Positions 52,969 to 63,384 of a DNA stretch of 64,000 bases are shown here, piece after piece; position 1 is the first letter of the stretch, and every line of letters starts with the position of its first letter. A program made the translations under genes and the position numbers. The notes beneath the pieces were generated by a model, which saw only the letters and a list, made by a program, of their open reading frames with translations, made no database searches and was not told the DNA's origin. This DNA is from Thermoplasmatota archaeon (GTDB taxonomy: Archaea; Thermoplasmatota; Thermoplasmata; Lutacidiplasmatales; UBA184), in the NCBI GenBank assembly GCA_036781185.1, contig DAIQBL010000001.1, forward strand, positions 23,369 to 87,368. The letters are read 5' to 3'.

Positions 52969-53619
52969 TCAGAGGTCGATCGGGAGCGCCACGTGCTCCC
53001 GGGAGAACGGCCCGAGGTCCACGCCGGCCCCGACCCGATGGCCGGCGTCCGTCAGCTCGCGACGGGCCAGCCGCGCCACCTCGCCAGGCGCCCTACGCTG
53101 CGTGACCGAGCGGATCTTCAGCATGAGAAGTCCGGTCCGCGCCCGGCACGTCACCGCGTTCTCGCGGTAGATCCTCGGCTGATCCCGCTGCGCCACGTCC
53201 TGGTAGAGGAGGTCCACCGGGCCGACGTCGGCGGCGTATCGCTCCGGGAGCTGGGCGTCCGCGAGGATCGGGAGCACGTTCGAGCGACGCCGGGCGAGTG
53301 CGAGCAGGGGCGCGAACGAGGGCGGGCTCTTCTCGATCGCGAAGATCGTGGCATCCGGAAGAGCGTCAGAGAGATGGCTCACCGTCGTCCCGTGGGCGGC
53401 GCCGAGATAGAGAACGGTCCGAACGCCCTGGAACAGGGGAAACGGTTCGGCCTTGCCGAGGTACGCGGCGAGCTTCGACCGCCAGGGGTCCCATCGGCGG
53501 AACTCGGAACCGGACTCCGAGCGGAGGTCTTCGCCGTACACCGCCTCGCCGGGGACGGCGTTCCGTGTGTACAGGTCGCGCCCGATCCGGTACACCCCGG
53601 GCCAGCCGGTCGGCTCCAC
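52969..53619 (-). CDS. flpA: Fibrillarin-like rRNA/tRNA 2'-O-methyltransferase
   Basis: GVYRIG...AVYGE...RRWDPWRSKLAA...VLYLGAAHGTTVSHLSD...IFAIEKSP is the canonical fibrillarin pattern. No Nop5 or L7Ae gene lies adjacent. Confidence 0.8.
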   Translation of the reverse strand: MEPTGWPGVYRIGRDLYTRNAVPGEAVYGEDLRSESGSEFRRWDPWRSKLAAYLGKAEPFPLFQGVRTVLYLGAAHGTTVSHLSDALPDATIFAIEKSPPSFAPLLALARRRSNVLPILADAQLPERYAADVGPVDLLYQDVAQRDQPRIYRENAVTCRARTGLLMLKIRSVTQRRAPGEVARLARRELTDAGHRVGAGVDLGPFSREHVALPIDL

Positions 53620-53629
53620 GATCGCCCCG

Positions 53630-54094
53630 CTACCTCAGCCGGACGAGCAGTTCGACCTCGACCGAGGCCCCGAGCGGGAGCGACGCGACGCCCATCGAGA
53701 CCCGCGCCGGCCGACCGTCCTCGCCGAAGACGCGGATGAGCAACTCGGTCGCGCCGTTGGCGACGTCGGCGTGCTGGGTGAACTCCGGTGTGGACGCGAC
53801 GTACACGGCCACTCGCACGACGCGGGCGACCCGGTCGAGCGTCCCGAGCTCGGCCGAGAGCGCGCTCAGCGCCTGCAAGGCGGCCTGCTCGGCGGCCAGC
53901 TTCGCCTGGGCCAGCTCCACCGTGCGGCCCACGATCCCCGGGTGGACCGGGCGGCCGTCGACGTGGGGGATTTGGCCGGCGACGTACGCATGGTCCCCGT
54001 CGACGACGACCGGGCGGTACGTACCCGCCGGCCTCGGCGGTGGAGGGAGCGTGACCCCGAGCGCGCGCAGCCGCTCCGCGACGTCGGGAGCCAT
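53630..54094 (-). CDS. RidA/YjgF/L-PSP-family protein
   Basis: 154 aa with DRVARVVRVAVYVAS...ARVSMGVASLPLGASVEVE, characteristic of the Rid family C-terminus. Confidence 0.7.
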   Translation of the reverse strand: MAPDVAERLRALGVTLPPPPRPAGTYRPVVVDGDHAYVAGQIPHVDGRPVHPGIVGRTVELAQAKLAAEQAALQALSALSAELGTLDRVARVVRVAVYVASTPEFTQHADVANGATELLIRVFGEDGRPARVSMGVASLPLGASVEVELLVRLR

Positions 54095-54185
54095 CGCCGT
54101 CGGACCGATGGCGGCGAGAAAAGCGTGTTGGGGCGCGGAGAGGCGGCCGGTCCGCGCGGGATATCGCTATAGTCCGAACGCCGTA

Positions 54186-54677
54186 GCCGAGCCGATGTCC
54201 GGCATCTTCCGCCGGTTCCGCCGCCCGAAACCGAAGGAGGAGGACGACGAGCCGTCCGACGCCCCGGAGGGCGAGGCCGGCGAAGAGTCCGACATCTACC
54301 CGAACCGGCCGTTCGAGCGACCGGGAGACCCGGACATCGAAGGCGAACCGAAGGCAGATACCTCGGACGACGACGAGGACGACGCCGTGGCGGGACCGCC
54401 CGTGATCCCGGAGGAGATCGGACCCGCGGCGCCCGAGCCCTCCCTAGCCACCCGCCCCGAAGTTCCGTCCCCTCCGACGCCTTCGACCCCGGAGTCGGCC
54501 CCGGATGTGGCGGCCCGCGAGGCTCCGACCGGCCCACGGCCGCCACTTCCCGAAGCCGATGCGGGGGCGGGCCGGTCGGTCCACCGTCCGCTCAACCCGC
54601 CGACGCGCTGCTTCCTGTGCGGCACCGAAATGACGGGCTCGTTCTGCCCGACGTGCCGGATGACCTGGAACGATTGA
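54186..54677 (+). CDS. Acidic, low-complexity protein with C-terminal zinc-ribbon
   Basis: MSGIFRRFRRPKPKEEDDEPSD... acidic/Pro-rich, ending CFLCGTEMTGSFCPTCRMTW. Confidence 0.45.
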   Translation, partial: AEPMSGIFRRFRRPKPKEEDDEPSDAPEGEAGEESDIYPNRPFERPGDPDIEGEPKADTSDDDEDDAVAGPPVIPEEIGPAAPEPSLATRPEVPSPPTPSTPESAPDVAAREAPTGPRPPLPEADAGAGRSVHRPLNPPTRCFLCGTEMTGSFCPTCRMTWND

Positions 54678-54736
54678 TACGGAGTCCGTAGGACTCCGCC
54701 GTCGGCGCGGGGGCTCGCCCTGATAAGTAGCCGTTT

Positions 54737-56389
54737 GTGACTCGGCCGAACACCATGCCGAGCCCATCGCCCGCGGCGGCCGAGTTCGACCGGCTCGAGC
54801 GCGACGTCGTCGACCACTTCTTCCTCCTCCAGCCCGGCTACGCCGTGTTCCTCGGCCTCCACGAGTACGACGGGCGAGTGCCCGACCTCTCCCGGTCGGG
54901 GACCGACGCCTGGGTGACGAAGGCCGACGGGCTCCTCGCCCGGGTCCGGGCGACGGCGCCCTCGGAGCTCACCAAGGCCCGCGCGATCGACCGCTCGCTC
55001 CTCGAGCTCTTGCTCGAGTCGCCTCGGTTCGACCTCGTCGACAGCCGGGACCTCGAACGGAACCCGATGTCGTACGTGGGCGCGATCTCGCTCACCCAGT
55101 ACATGGTCCGGGATTACGCCCCGGTCGCGGCTCGGGCCCAGGCGATCGTCCAGACCCTCGAGGCGGCCCCGAAGCTGCTTCACGACGGCGCGAGCCGCCT
55201 CGACAAGACGCTCGCGAAACCGTTCCTGACGCTCTCGCTCGCCATCGGCGGCGGACTTCCGTCCCATTTCGCCGAGGCGGAGGCGTTCGCCCGGAAGGAG
55301 TCGGCCGCGCTCGGCGACCGGGTGAAGGGCGCCCGCGAGGCCGCCGAGGCGGCCGTCGAAGCGTTCCTCGGTCGGATCCGGACGGAATGGATGCCGACCG
55401 CGCACGACGACTTCGCGCTCGGCGGCGCGCGGTACCAGAAGCTCCTGTGGGTGCGCGAGGGGATCCGCACGCCCTTCGAGGAGATCCGGAGATCCGGCGA
55501 AGCCGACCTCGCCCAGAACCAGGCGCGGCTCGAGGCGATCGCGGGCCCGTCCCGCCGGCCTTCGGAGCTGTTCGAGGCGTTGTTCCAGGACCACTCGACC
55601 GCCCCCGACCTCATCCCCACCGCCCAACGGCTCGTCGACGAGACGAAGCGGTTCGTTCTCGAGAAGGACCTCGTGACAATCCCCGAACCGTCGGTGTGCC
55701 GGGTCGAGGAGACCCCATCGTACGGGCGGGCGCTCTCGACGGCGAGCATGAACCCGCCGGGACCGTTCGACGTCGGCGGCGACGAGGGGATCTACTACGT
55801 CACGCCGGTCGACTCCACCTGGCCGGCCCCTCGGCAGGAAGAGTGGCTGCGCTCGCTCAACCGGGTGATGCTGAAGAACATCACCGTCCACGAGGTCTGG
55901 CCCGGCCACTACCTTCAGTTCCTCCACTTCCGCCACTCGGCGGGTTCGCTCACCCGGAAGGTGTACCTCTCCCCGTCGTTCACCGAGGGGTGGGCCCACT
56001 ACTGCGAGCAGCTCGCCATCGAGGCGGGGATTGGCGGGACCGACTGGAAGGCGGAGGTCGCCCAGATCCACGACGCGCTGCTGCGCGATTGCCGGCTGAT
56101 CGCCTCGGTCGGGCTCCATACCGGCGGAATGACGCTCGCGGAGGCGACGAAGCTGTTCGTCGAGAAGGCCCACTTCGAGCAGCTGCCGGCGGAACGCGAG
56201 GCGATCCGCGGCACGTTCAACCCGGAGTACTTCTGTTACACGCTCGGCAAGCTCCGGATCCTGGAGGCCCGTCGGAAGTTGCTCGACCCCGTGTTCCACG
56301 GGTCCCGCAAGGCGTTCCACGACCGGCTCCTGTCGACGGGCGCGCCGCCGGTCGGGCTCCTCGAGACGCTGCTGCAAACCCCCGGCTGA
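54737..56389 (+). CDS. DUF885-family protein (putative metallopeptidase-like)
   Basis: 550 aa with HEVWPGHYLQ (H-E-x-x-x-G-H) and a conserved C-terminal helical region; the family was assigned from memory of the DUF885 signature. Confidence 0.6.
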   Translation: MTRPNTMPSPSPAAAEFDRLERDVVDHFFLLQPGYAVFLGLHEYDGRVPDLSRSGTDAWVTKADGLLARVRATAPSELTKARAIDRSLLELLLESPRFDLVDSRDLERNPMSYVGAISLTQYMVRDYAPVAARAQAIVQTLEAAPKLLHDGASRLDKTLAKPFLTLSLAIGGGLPSHFAEAEAFARKESAALGDRVKGAREAAEAAVEAFLGRIRTEWMPTAHDDFALGGARYQKLLWVREGIRTPFEEIRRSGEADLAQNQARLEAIAGPSRRPSELFEALFQDHSTAPDLIPTAQRLVDETKRFVLEKDLVTIPEPSVCRVEETPSYGRALSTASMNPPGPFDVGGDEGIYYVTPVDSTWPAPRQEEWLRSLNRVMLKNITVHEVWPGHYLQFLHFRHSAGSLTRKVYLSPSFTEGWAHYCEQLAIEAGIGGTDWKAEVAQIHDALLRDCRLIASVGLHTGGMTLAEATKLFVEKAHFEQLPAEREAIRGTFNPEYFCYTLGKLRILEARRKLLDPVFHGSRKAFHDRLLSTGAPPVGLLETLLQTPG

Positions 56390-56454
56390 AACGGGCCATC
56401 CGCCGGGGCCGGCCTCCATTCTCTACGGCCGACTCTGTGGGCCTATAGAAGCAA

Positions 56455-56503
56455 CTATAGTCTAAATCATAATTCTATATATCCCCACGTGCGGGTCGCC
56501 CAT
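56455..56503 (+). promoter_or_regulatory. AT-rich promoter (TATA-like ttctatatat) immediately upstream of the pst regulon; probably a leaderless transcript
   Basis: ctatagaagcaactatagtctaaatcataattctatatatcc is exceptional for a 68% GC context. It ends about 20 bp before the ATG at 56506. Confidence 0.5.
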
Positions 56504-56505
56504 CG

Positions 56506-57642
56506 ATGCCGCGCGCCGAGACCGTGAAGAGCCCCCCGCGCCCCCCGGCGCCGGAGCTCGACCCGGGCGTCGAGGAGCGTCGGCTCCATCGCCTCGGGTC
56601 GGTCAGCATCGGAATCGCGCTCCCGCGTCGATGGGTCGCTCGGCACGGCTTGGCGAGCGGCGGTGCCGTGTACGTTTCGACTCGCCCGGATGGCACGATC
56701 CTCGTCCGCGACGGCCGGGACCTTCCCGCATCGGCGACGGCGCAGCTCCACGTCGCGCCCGGCGGGACGCCGGAGCATCTGTTCCGTCAACTTCTCCGGG
56801 CGTACCTTTCCGGCGCCCAGAGGTTCGAGGTCGTAGAGGCGGGCGGCCTTTCGCCCGCGACGCGCACCGCGGTGGTCGACTTCGTCCGCCGCACGATCCG
56901 GCCCGAGGTCGTGAACGACGACGGCCGCCAGATCGTGGTGGCCGACGTGAGCCGGGGCGCCGACCTGGCGGTGGGACCCGTCTTGCGACGGATGTCCCAG
57001 GTGGTCCTTGAGCGGATCCGCAACGCCGGACGCTCCTGGGTCGACCCGAACGCCGCCCGCAAGGACGACTGGCGCGCGCGTGACGACGAGGTCGACCGGC
57101 ACGCGTGGCTAATCGAGCGGATCCTCGTGCTCCGCCCGTGGCCGGAGGCCGGTCCGGGTGGATTCCCTTCGGCGCTCTCCGAGACGTTCGCGCCGTTATT
57201 CCTGGCCCGCTCGCTCGAGCGCGCGGCCGACCACGCGGTCCTGATCGCCGAACGCGGCGCCCGGCTCCGGGAGGCGAACCTTCCCGAGGCGACGTACCGG
57301 GCCCTCACCGCCTATCACAAGCAGGTCGTCGACCACCTCGAGCTCGCGTGCCGGGTGGCCGAGGCGCGCGACCCGACCGACGCGAACCTCGTCGTGGACG
57401 CCGGCGAGGCGCTCCACGAGACCGCGGCCGCGCTGCGCGAGCGGTTCTGGACGCGCGGGCTCACGAGCTCGATCCCCCCGAGCGTCATCGCGAACCTGGG
57501 ACTTCTGATCGAGTCGCTCGACCGGATCACGGCCTACGCCCAGGACATCGCGCAGCTCGCCGTGCCGCCGTCCGACCGGGTCACCGTCCGGCCGACGCTG
57601 GCCTCCGACAGCCGCGCCTCCGACCTACCTCTCCCCAAATAG
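56506..57642 (+). CDS. AbrB-domain/PhoU-domain phosphate uptake regulator (paralog of 34240..35300)
   Basis: LGSVSIGIALPRRWVARHGLASGGAVYV (AbrB/SpoVT-like) plus PhoU-like helical repeats (SLERAADHAVLIAE, ITAYAQDIAQLAV). It sits directly upstream of pstS. Confidence 0.7.
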   Translation: MPRAETVKSPPRPPAPELDPGVEERRLHRLGSVSIGIALPRRWVARHGLASGGAVYVSTRPDGTILVRDGRDLPASATAQLHVAPGGTPEHLFRQLLRAYLSGAQRFEVVEAGGLSPATRTAVVDFVRRTIRPEVVNDDGRQIVVADVSRGADLAVGPVLRRMSQVVLERIRNAGRSWVDPNAARKDDWRARDDEVDRHAWLIERILVLRPWPEAGPGGFPSALSETFAPLFLARSLERAADHAVLIAERGARLREANLPEATYRALTAYHKQVVDHLELACRVAEARDPTDANLVVDAGEALHETAAALRERFWTRGLTSSIPPSVIANLGLLIESLDRITAYAQDIAQLAVPPSDRVTVRPTLASDSRASDLPLPK

Positions 57643-57670
57643 GGAAACGAACCGGGAGGAACAAACCGAA

Positions 57671-58897
57671 ATGAGTGCGAACAACGCAAGCGGAACGAAC
57701 GCCAGCGCGTCGGCCGGCCCGAGCGCCTCCGACAAGAGCATGCTGCCGAAATCGTCGTCGTCGAGCCACATGGCCCTCTACGCGGCCGTCGTAATCGTGG
57801 TCATCGTGATCGCGGTCGTCGGCTACGGTGCCTACGCCGGATGGTTCACGAAGAAGACCGCCGCGACCTCGGCCTGCCCGGCCGGGACCGGCCAGACAAT
57901 TGCCGGCGCCGGCTCGAGCCTCGCCGCCCCGCTGATGACTCTCTGGGCGAGCCAATACTCCTGCGGCCAGCTGAACTACAACAGCGTCGGTAGCGGTGCC
58001 GGGGTCACGAGTCTCACGCAGAAGACGGTCGACCTCGGTGCCTCCGATGCTCCGCTCTCGTCCACACAGGTGAGTGCGCTCCCCGCGGGCTCCACCGTGC
58101 TGACGATCCCCGAACTCGTTGCCGGGGTCGCCATCATCTACGACATCTCGGGCGTCTCGAAGGGCCTCAACCTCTCCGGGTCGGTGCTGGCCGGGATCTA
58201 CCTCGGCACGATCACCACCTGGAATAACGCGGCGATCACCTCGCTGAACCCGGGCGTCAAGCTCCCGAGCGCCAATATCACGGTCGTGGAGCGAGCGGAT
58301 TCGAGCGGGACCACCTACGTCTACACGAGCTGGCTCTCGCTGGAGAACTCGACCTGGAAGACCAAGGTCGGCGCGGCGACGACGGTCAACTGGCCGGTCG
58401 GCATCAAGGAGAGCGGCTCGCTCGGCGTCGCTGGGACCGTCAAGTCCGACCCCAACTCGATCGGGTACGCCGACCTGGCGTACGCGATCACGAACGGGCT
58501 CGCGTACGCCGCGGTCCAGAACCCCGCGAACACCTACGTTCTGCCAAACGTGACCAACGTGGCGGAGGCCGCCGCGCAGGCCCCGAGCCTGCCGGCACCG
58601 AATGCCGAGGCGGGATGGGATTCGTTCTCGATCCTGAACGAGGCGGGGACCTCCACCTACCCGATCGCGACGTTCTCCTACGTGATGGTCTACTCGGACC
58701 TCGGGGCGGTGTACGGCTCCAGCGAGTCGCACGCCCACGCGCAGGGGGTCGTGGCGTTCCTCTGGTGGGCCGTGACGACCGGTCAGACGTACTCGACGGG
58801 GTTGTCGTACGTGCCGCTCTCGTCGAACGTCGTGATCGCGGACGAGGCGGCGATCAACAGCGTCCTGTACAACGGACAGACGCTGCAGTCCCACTAG
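57671..58897 (+). CDS. pstS: Phosphate ABC transporter substrate-binding protein PstS (membrane-anchored, glycosylation-sequon-rich)
   Basis: N-terminal TM anchor, then AGSSLAAPLMTLWASQY...NSVGSGAGV...SSGTTYVYT, typical of PstS. Confidence 0.85.
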   Translation: MSANNASGTNASASAGPSASDKSMLPKSSSSSHMALYAAVVIVVIVIAVVGYGAYAGWFTKKTAATSACPAGTGQTIAGAGSSLAAPLMTLWASQYSCGQLNYNSVGSGAGVTSLTQKTVDLGASDAPLSSTQVSALPAGSTVLTIPELVAGVAIIYDISGVSKGLNLSGSVLAGIYLGTITTWNNAAITSLNPGVKLPSANITVVERADSSGTTYVYTSWLSLENSTWKTKVGAATTVNWPVGIKESGSLGVAGTVKSDPNSIGYADLAYAITNGLAYAAVQNPANTYVLPNVTNVAEAAAQAPSLPAPNAEAGWDSFSILNEAGTSTYPIATFSYVMVYSDLGAVYGSSESHAHAQGVVAFLWWAVTTGQTYSTGLSYVPLSSNVVIADEAAINSVLYNGQTLQSH

Positions 58898-58924
58898 CGG
58901 AGACTCGGTCGGGACGGTCGCCGC

Positions 58925-59965
58925 ATGGGGGAGGCTCCGGTCGGATCGGGCGCGGGCGCCGACGCGCGGCCCGGGCCGCCCGGGGTCCCCCCCGCAACCA
59001 CTTCCCCCCTCGCCCGAGGAGCAGCCCGGCGGCTCCGGGCACGCGCTGCGGACCTCGCCTTCGGCTGGGTCGCCCTCGCCGCCGCTGGGGCGCTGGTCGT
59101 CCTTCCGGTGTTGCTCGTCATCGTCCTCGCCCAGAACTCCTGGATGTCGCTCGTCCGGTTCGGTCCCGGGTTCCTATTCGGCCGGACGTGGGACCCGAAC
59201 CTCGCCCCGATCACCTTCGGGGCGGTCCCGTTCGTTGCGGGAACGATCGAGACGAGCGTGATCGCGCTCCTCATCGGAGTTCCCCTCTCGCTCGGCGCCG
59301 CGGTGTTCCTCGCGGAACTCGCGCCGGACTGGCTGCGGGCCCCCGTCGCCTCAGTGGTCGACCTCCTGGCCGCGGTCCCGTCGGTGGTGTTCGGCCTCTG
59401 GGGCCTCTACGTACTGGTCCCGTTCATGCGGACCTCCGTCGACCCGTTCCTCGTCAAGTACTTCGGCTGGTCGCCGATCTTTGCGGGACACGCGGGGAGC
59501 CAGAGCGGCCAGAGCATCCTCACCGCGAGCATCATCCTCGCGGTCATGATCCTCCCGACGATCTCGTCGGTCAGCCGGGAGGCGCTCCGGGCGACCCCGG
59601 ATAGCCAGCGGGAGGCGGCCCTGAGCCTCGGCGCAACCCGCTGGGAAGCGACCCGGCTCGGCCCGCTCGCGTACGCTCGGTCGGGGATCTTTGGTGCGGC
59701 CGTCCTCGGCTTGGGCCGGGCGATGGGCGAGACCATGGCCGTGACGATGACGATTGGCAATTCCAACCGGGTCGCCACCTCCCTTCTCGACCCGGGTCAG
59801 ACGCTCTCGAGCCTAATCGCGATCAACTTCGGCAACGCCCTCCCGCTCGAGCTGTCGGCGCTCGTGGAGCTCGGCCTGATCCTGATGGCGCTCTCGCTCC
59901 TGGTCAACGTCGTCGCACGGCTGATGCTGCGGTCGATTACCCGGCTCGGGGGGTCGACCGCATGA
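58925..59965 (+). CDS. pstC: Phosphate ABC transporter permease PstC
   Basis: 6 TM helices with the EAA-like permease loop (REAALSLGATRWE). The stop overlaps the pstA start. Confidence 0.85.
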   Translation: MGEAPVGSGAGADARPGPPGVPPATTSPLARGAARRLRARAADLAFGWVALAAAGALVVLPVLLVIVLAQNSWMSLVRFGPGFLFGRTWDPNLAPITFGAVPFVAGTIETSVIALLIGVPLSLGAAVFLAELAPDWLRAPVASVVDLLAAVPSVVFGLWGLYVLVPFMRTSVDPFLVKYFGWSPIFAGHAGSQSGQSILTASIILAVMILPTISSVSREALRATPDSQREAALSLGATRWEATRLGPLAYARSGIFGAAVLGLGRAMGETMAVTMTIGNSNRVATSLLDPGQTLSSLIAINFGNALPLELSALVELGLILMALSLLVNVVARLMLRSITRLGGSTA

Positions 59966-60861
59966 GGCCCCCGAAGCGCCTACGCCGGCGGCTGAAGAGC
60001 GCCGTCTTGCTCGGCCTCTGTGGCATCGCCGTTCTGCTCATGCTGGTGCCGCTGGCCAGCATCCTGTACGCCTGCTTCGTGAACGGCGCGGGCGCGATCA
60101 CCCCGGACTTCTTCCTGAAGAACCCTCCGCCCCCCTGCAACCCTGCGGCGGGCGCGCCGTGTCCGGTCGGAGGGGTCCAGGATGCGATCCTCGGTACGTT
60201 ACTGCTCGTCGGGCTGGCGTCGCTCATCGCGCTTCCGGTGGGCATTCTTGCCGGGATCTACCTTTCCGAGTTCGAGGATCGTCCGCTCGCGCGACCCGCC
60301 CGCTTCCTGGCCGACGTCATGACCGGGATCCCGTCGATCGTGATTGGGGTCTTCGTCTTCGGGATTTTCTACTCGTTCGCCGAAGCCGGGTGGATCAGCC
60401 CGTTCAGCGTCATCTCGGGGTACACCGGAGCGGTCGCCCTCGCCGTGATCATGATCCCGGTCGTGGCGCGGACCTGCGAGGAAGCGCTCCGCCTCGTCCC
60501 GACCTCCATCCGCGAGGCGTCGCTGGCCCTCGGGATTCCGCGCCACCGGACAATCCTCCGCATCGTGCTGTCGGCCGCCCGCGGAGGGGTCATCACCGGG
60601 TCGCTCCTCGCGGTCGCGCGGGCCGGGGGCGAAACGGCGCCGCTCCTCCTCACCGCCGGATTCACGACGGGATCGATCTTCGGCCTTTCCGGCTGGACGC
60701 CGTCGCTCCCGGTGATGATCTACGAGTTCGCGTCGGCGAACTACCCGAACACGACCCAGCTCGCGTGGGGAGCGGCGCTGGTGCTCGTCCTTATGATGCT
60801 CCTGATTAGCGTGGGAGCGCGGCTCGCGCTGCGGAACCGGTTCGGAGGGAGAGTCGCATGA
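59962..60861 (+). CDS. pstA: Phosphate ABC transporter permease PstA
   Basis: 6 TM helices with permease loop [12 protein letters not shown]. It overlaps pstC and pstB. Confidence 0.85.
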   Translation: MRPPKRLRRRLKSAVLLGLCGIAVLLMLVPLASILYACFVNGAGAITPDFFLKNPPPPCNPAAGAPCPVGGVQDAILGTLLLVGLASLIALPVGILAGIYLSEFEDRPLARPARFLADVMTGIPSIVIGVFVFGIFYSFAEAGWISPFSVISGYTGAVALAVIMIPVVARTCEEALRLVPTSIREASLALGIPRHRTILRIVLSAARGGVITGSLLAVARAGGETAPLLLTAGFTTGSIFGLSGWTPSLPVMIYEFASANYPNTTQLAWGAALVLVLMMLLISVGARLALRNRFGGRVA

Positions 60862-61613
60862 CCGACAACAAGCTCGTCGTCCAGAACCTGCACGCCTGGT
60901 ACGGCAAGACCCACGCCGTGCAGGACATCTCGCTCTCGTTCCCCGACAAGCAGGCGACGGCGATCATCGGCCCGTCCGGGTGCGGGAAGTCGACGTTCAT
61001 CCGCTGCCTCAACCGGATCCACGAGACCCAGCCGAAGGCGCGCGCGGAGGGGAAGGTCCTCCTCGACGGGCAGGACGTCTACCAGGAGGACCCGACGGAG
61101 ATTCGGCGGAAGATCGGGATGGTGTTCCAGCGCCCGAACGTCTTCCCCACGATGTCGATCTACGGGAACGTCGCGGCCGGCCTGAAGCTCCATGGCGGCT
61201 ATTCGCAGGACGAGATCGACTCCGCCGTCATCGAGAGCCTGAAGAAGTCCGCCCTCTGGGAGGAGGTCAAGGAGAAGCTCGACGAGAGCGCGCTCCAGCT
61301 CTCCGGGGGCCAGCAGCAGCGCCTCTGCATCGCCCGGGCGCTCGCCGTCCAACCAGAAGTCCTCCTGATGGACGAGCCCGCGAGCGCGCTCGACCCGATC
61401 TCGACGGCGCGGATCGAGGACCTGATCTTCGACTTGAAGAACCAGGTGCCCGTCGTCATCGTCACACACAACATGCAGCAGGCCGCCCGGGTCGCGGACC
61501 GGACGGCGTTCCTCTATCTCGGGAAGCTCATCGAGGTCGCGCCGACGCGCGATCTCTTCGAGCGGCCCTCGGAAAAGCTCACCGAGAGCTACATCACGGG
61601 ACGGTTCGGGTAG
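60858..61613 (+). CDS. pstB: Phosphate ABC transporter ATP-binding protein PstB
   Basis: Walker [13 protein letters not shown] signature LSGGQQQRL, Walker [12 protein letters not shown], and an H-loop VTHN. Confidence 0.9.
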   Translation: MTDNKLVVQNLHAWYGKTHAVQDISLSFPDKQATAIIGPSGCGKSTFIRCLNRIHETQPKARAEGKVLLDGQDVYQEDPTEIRRKIGMVFQRPNVFPTMSIYGNVAAGLKLHGGYSQDEIDSAVIESLKKSALWEEVKEKLDESALQLSGGQQQRLCIARALAVQPEVLLMDEPASALDPISTARIEDLIFDLKNQVPVVIVTHNMQQAARVADRTAFLYLGKLIEVAPTRDLFERPSEKLTESYITGRFG

Positions 61614-61618
61614 GAACG

Positions 61619-62320
61619 ATGGCGGGAACGGTCGAGCGGAAGGCGCTCTCCGAGGAGCTGCACCAGCTCCAGGAGAACATGCAGACGATCGCGACGCTGA
61701 GCGTGCAGGCGATCGAGCGCGCCGTCGCCGGCCTCGACTCGCCGGACACCGGCGTCGTCGGGGACGTGAGCGCCCTCGACCGGGAGGTGTACGGCCTCAA
61801 GGAACGGATCGTCCGCAACTGCGTCGAGACGATCGCCCTCCACGCACCGGTCGCGAAGGACCTTCGGACGATCACCGTCGCCCTCGAGGTGACGACCGAC
61901 CTCGACCGGATCGGCCGGTACGCGAAGGACATCGCCGAGGCCGCGCACGAGCTCCACCGGGAGGGGGACGGGCGCGAGAGCCTCCCGAAGCTCCGGACGA
62001 TGGGGAACCTCACGGTCGGTATGATCCGGACGGCCGTGAACGCCTACTTGGCCCGCGACGCGGCGCCGGTCGCCCACATCCACGATGACGACGACGCGGT
62101 CGACGACTTCCACGACGAGTTGTTCCAGGCGATCATCGACGGGATGGCCCGCCGGTCGGTCACGCCCAGGACCGGCGCGGAGTGCATCCTGATCAACCGG
62201 TATCTCGAACGGCTCAGCGACCACGCCGTCAACATCGGGGAATGGGTTGTCTACCTGGTCTCGGGGGAGCGGCCGGTCCGGCTCCCCCGGCACAACGCCG
62301 AGGGGCCCGGGCGGCCGTAG
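61619..62320 (+). CDS. phoU: Phosphate transport system regulator PhoU
   Basis: Two PhoU repeats (DLDRIGRYAKDIAE and ERLSDHAVNIGEWV). The start is at the internal ATG of track ORF 60980..62320. Confidence 0.8.
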   Translation: MAGTVERKALSEELHQLQENMQTIATLSVQAIERAVAGLDSPDTGVVGDVSALDREVYGLKERIVRNCVETIALHAPVAKDLRTITVALEVTTDLDRIGRYAKDIAEAAHELHREGDGRESLPKLRTMGNLTVGMIRTAVNAYLARDAAPVAHIHDDDDAVDDFHDELFQAIIDGMARRSVTPRTGAECILINRYLERLSDHAVNIGEWVVYLVSGERPVRLPRHNAEGPGRP

Positions 62321-62330
62321 GACCGACGAC

Positions 62331-62927
62331 CTAGGCGGCCACCGGGGGGGCCGCCGGCGCGGCGGTCGGGACGACCGCCGGCCGGTAGGGCTTGAGCTCC
62401 GCAATCTTCGCCCACCAGGGGAACCGCTTCTCAATCCAGTAGTCGAGGCTCCACTTGCTGGGTCCGTAGGTCGCGTTGATCAGAATCAACGCGAGGAACA
62501 GGAGCGCATACATCGCGCCCGTGCCGATGTCGGTCGAGCCGGGGCCGTACGGGCCGCCGAACCCCTCAGGGACCGCCCAGATGAACAGGCTCAGGATCGC
62601 GCCGCCGGCGTAGGCGACCTTCCGCATGAACCCGAAGATCAGCGCGAGGCCGAGGGCAACCTCCATCGTTCCGACCATGTACACCCAGAACGCGGTGTTC
62701 GAGCTCACCGTGTTCGCCCAGAACGTGAACCAGCCCCCGAGCCACCCGGGCTGGCCGTCGCCCGAGATCGAGCCCGCGAACTGGTCGACGAAGCCCGCCG
62801 CGAACTTGAGCGCCCCATCGATCAGCCAAATCACGCCGAACAAGATCCGGAAGGCGCTCTTCAGGGAATGCGCGTTCCGGGCCCACCATCCGCCAGCGGC
62901 GTACGCCGCCGGTTCCGTCTCCGTCAT
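62331..62927 (-). CDS. DoxX-family membrane protein
   Basis: FRILFGVIWLIDGALKF...WANTV... has the DoxX-like 4-TM pattern. Confidence 0.6.
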   Translation of the reverse strand: MTETEPAAYAAGGWWARNAHSLKSAFRILFGVIWLIDGALKFAAGFVDQFAGSISGDGQPGWLGGWFTFWANTVSSNTAFWVYMVGTMEVALGLALIFGFMRKVAYAGGAILSLFIWAVPEGFGGPYGPGSTDIGTGAMYALLFLALILINATYGPSKWSLDYWIEKRFPWWAKIAELKPYRPAVVPTAAPAAPPVAA

Positions 62928-63384
62928 GGGATTCCTCGACCGCTCAGGGGCCGCCGAGGGGGTTAAGGGTGCGGTAAAACGCCCTTGACGTTCCGAGCGC
63001 GAAACCGCTCACGAGGGGGAGGCCGCGTCGCGACCGGGGGGAGTGTTCGCTCGGCCATCGGCCCAAGCCTCGGCGCGGGATTTGCGGCCGCCGACGAGTT
63101 CCCGGGGGAGGCGAAGCCGCGGCTCACGACCACGGGGGACGGAATCTGCTCCGGACTCGCGTTCTCGACCCGGTGGCTCGTCGTGTTGTCGAGCAGCGAG
63201 CAGTTGAACCACCATTCCGCGGCGAGGGACGAGGTCGCCTCGCGTGGGCCAATGGGGTCCGTGCGATCCGCCCTTGCCGGACCCGGAAGAACGGCCCGGG
63301 CACGGTGCCGTTGTACGTCGAGTGCTGGTAATCCCGCGCCGGGGGGCCGTACGGCAGGGCAGGCCGAATCGCCGCGGTCCCGGT

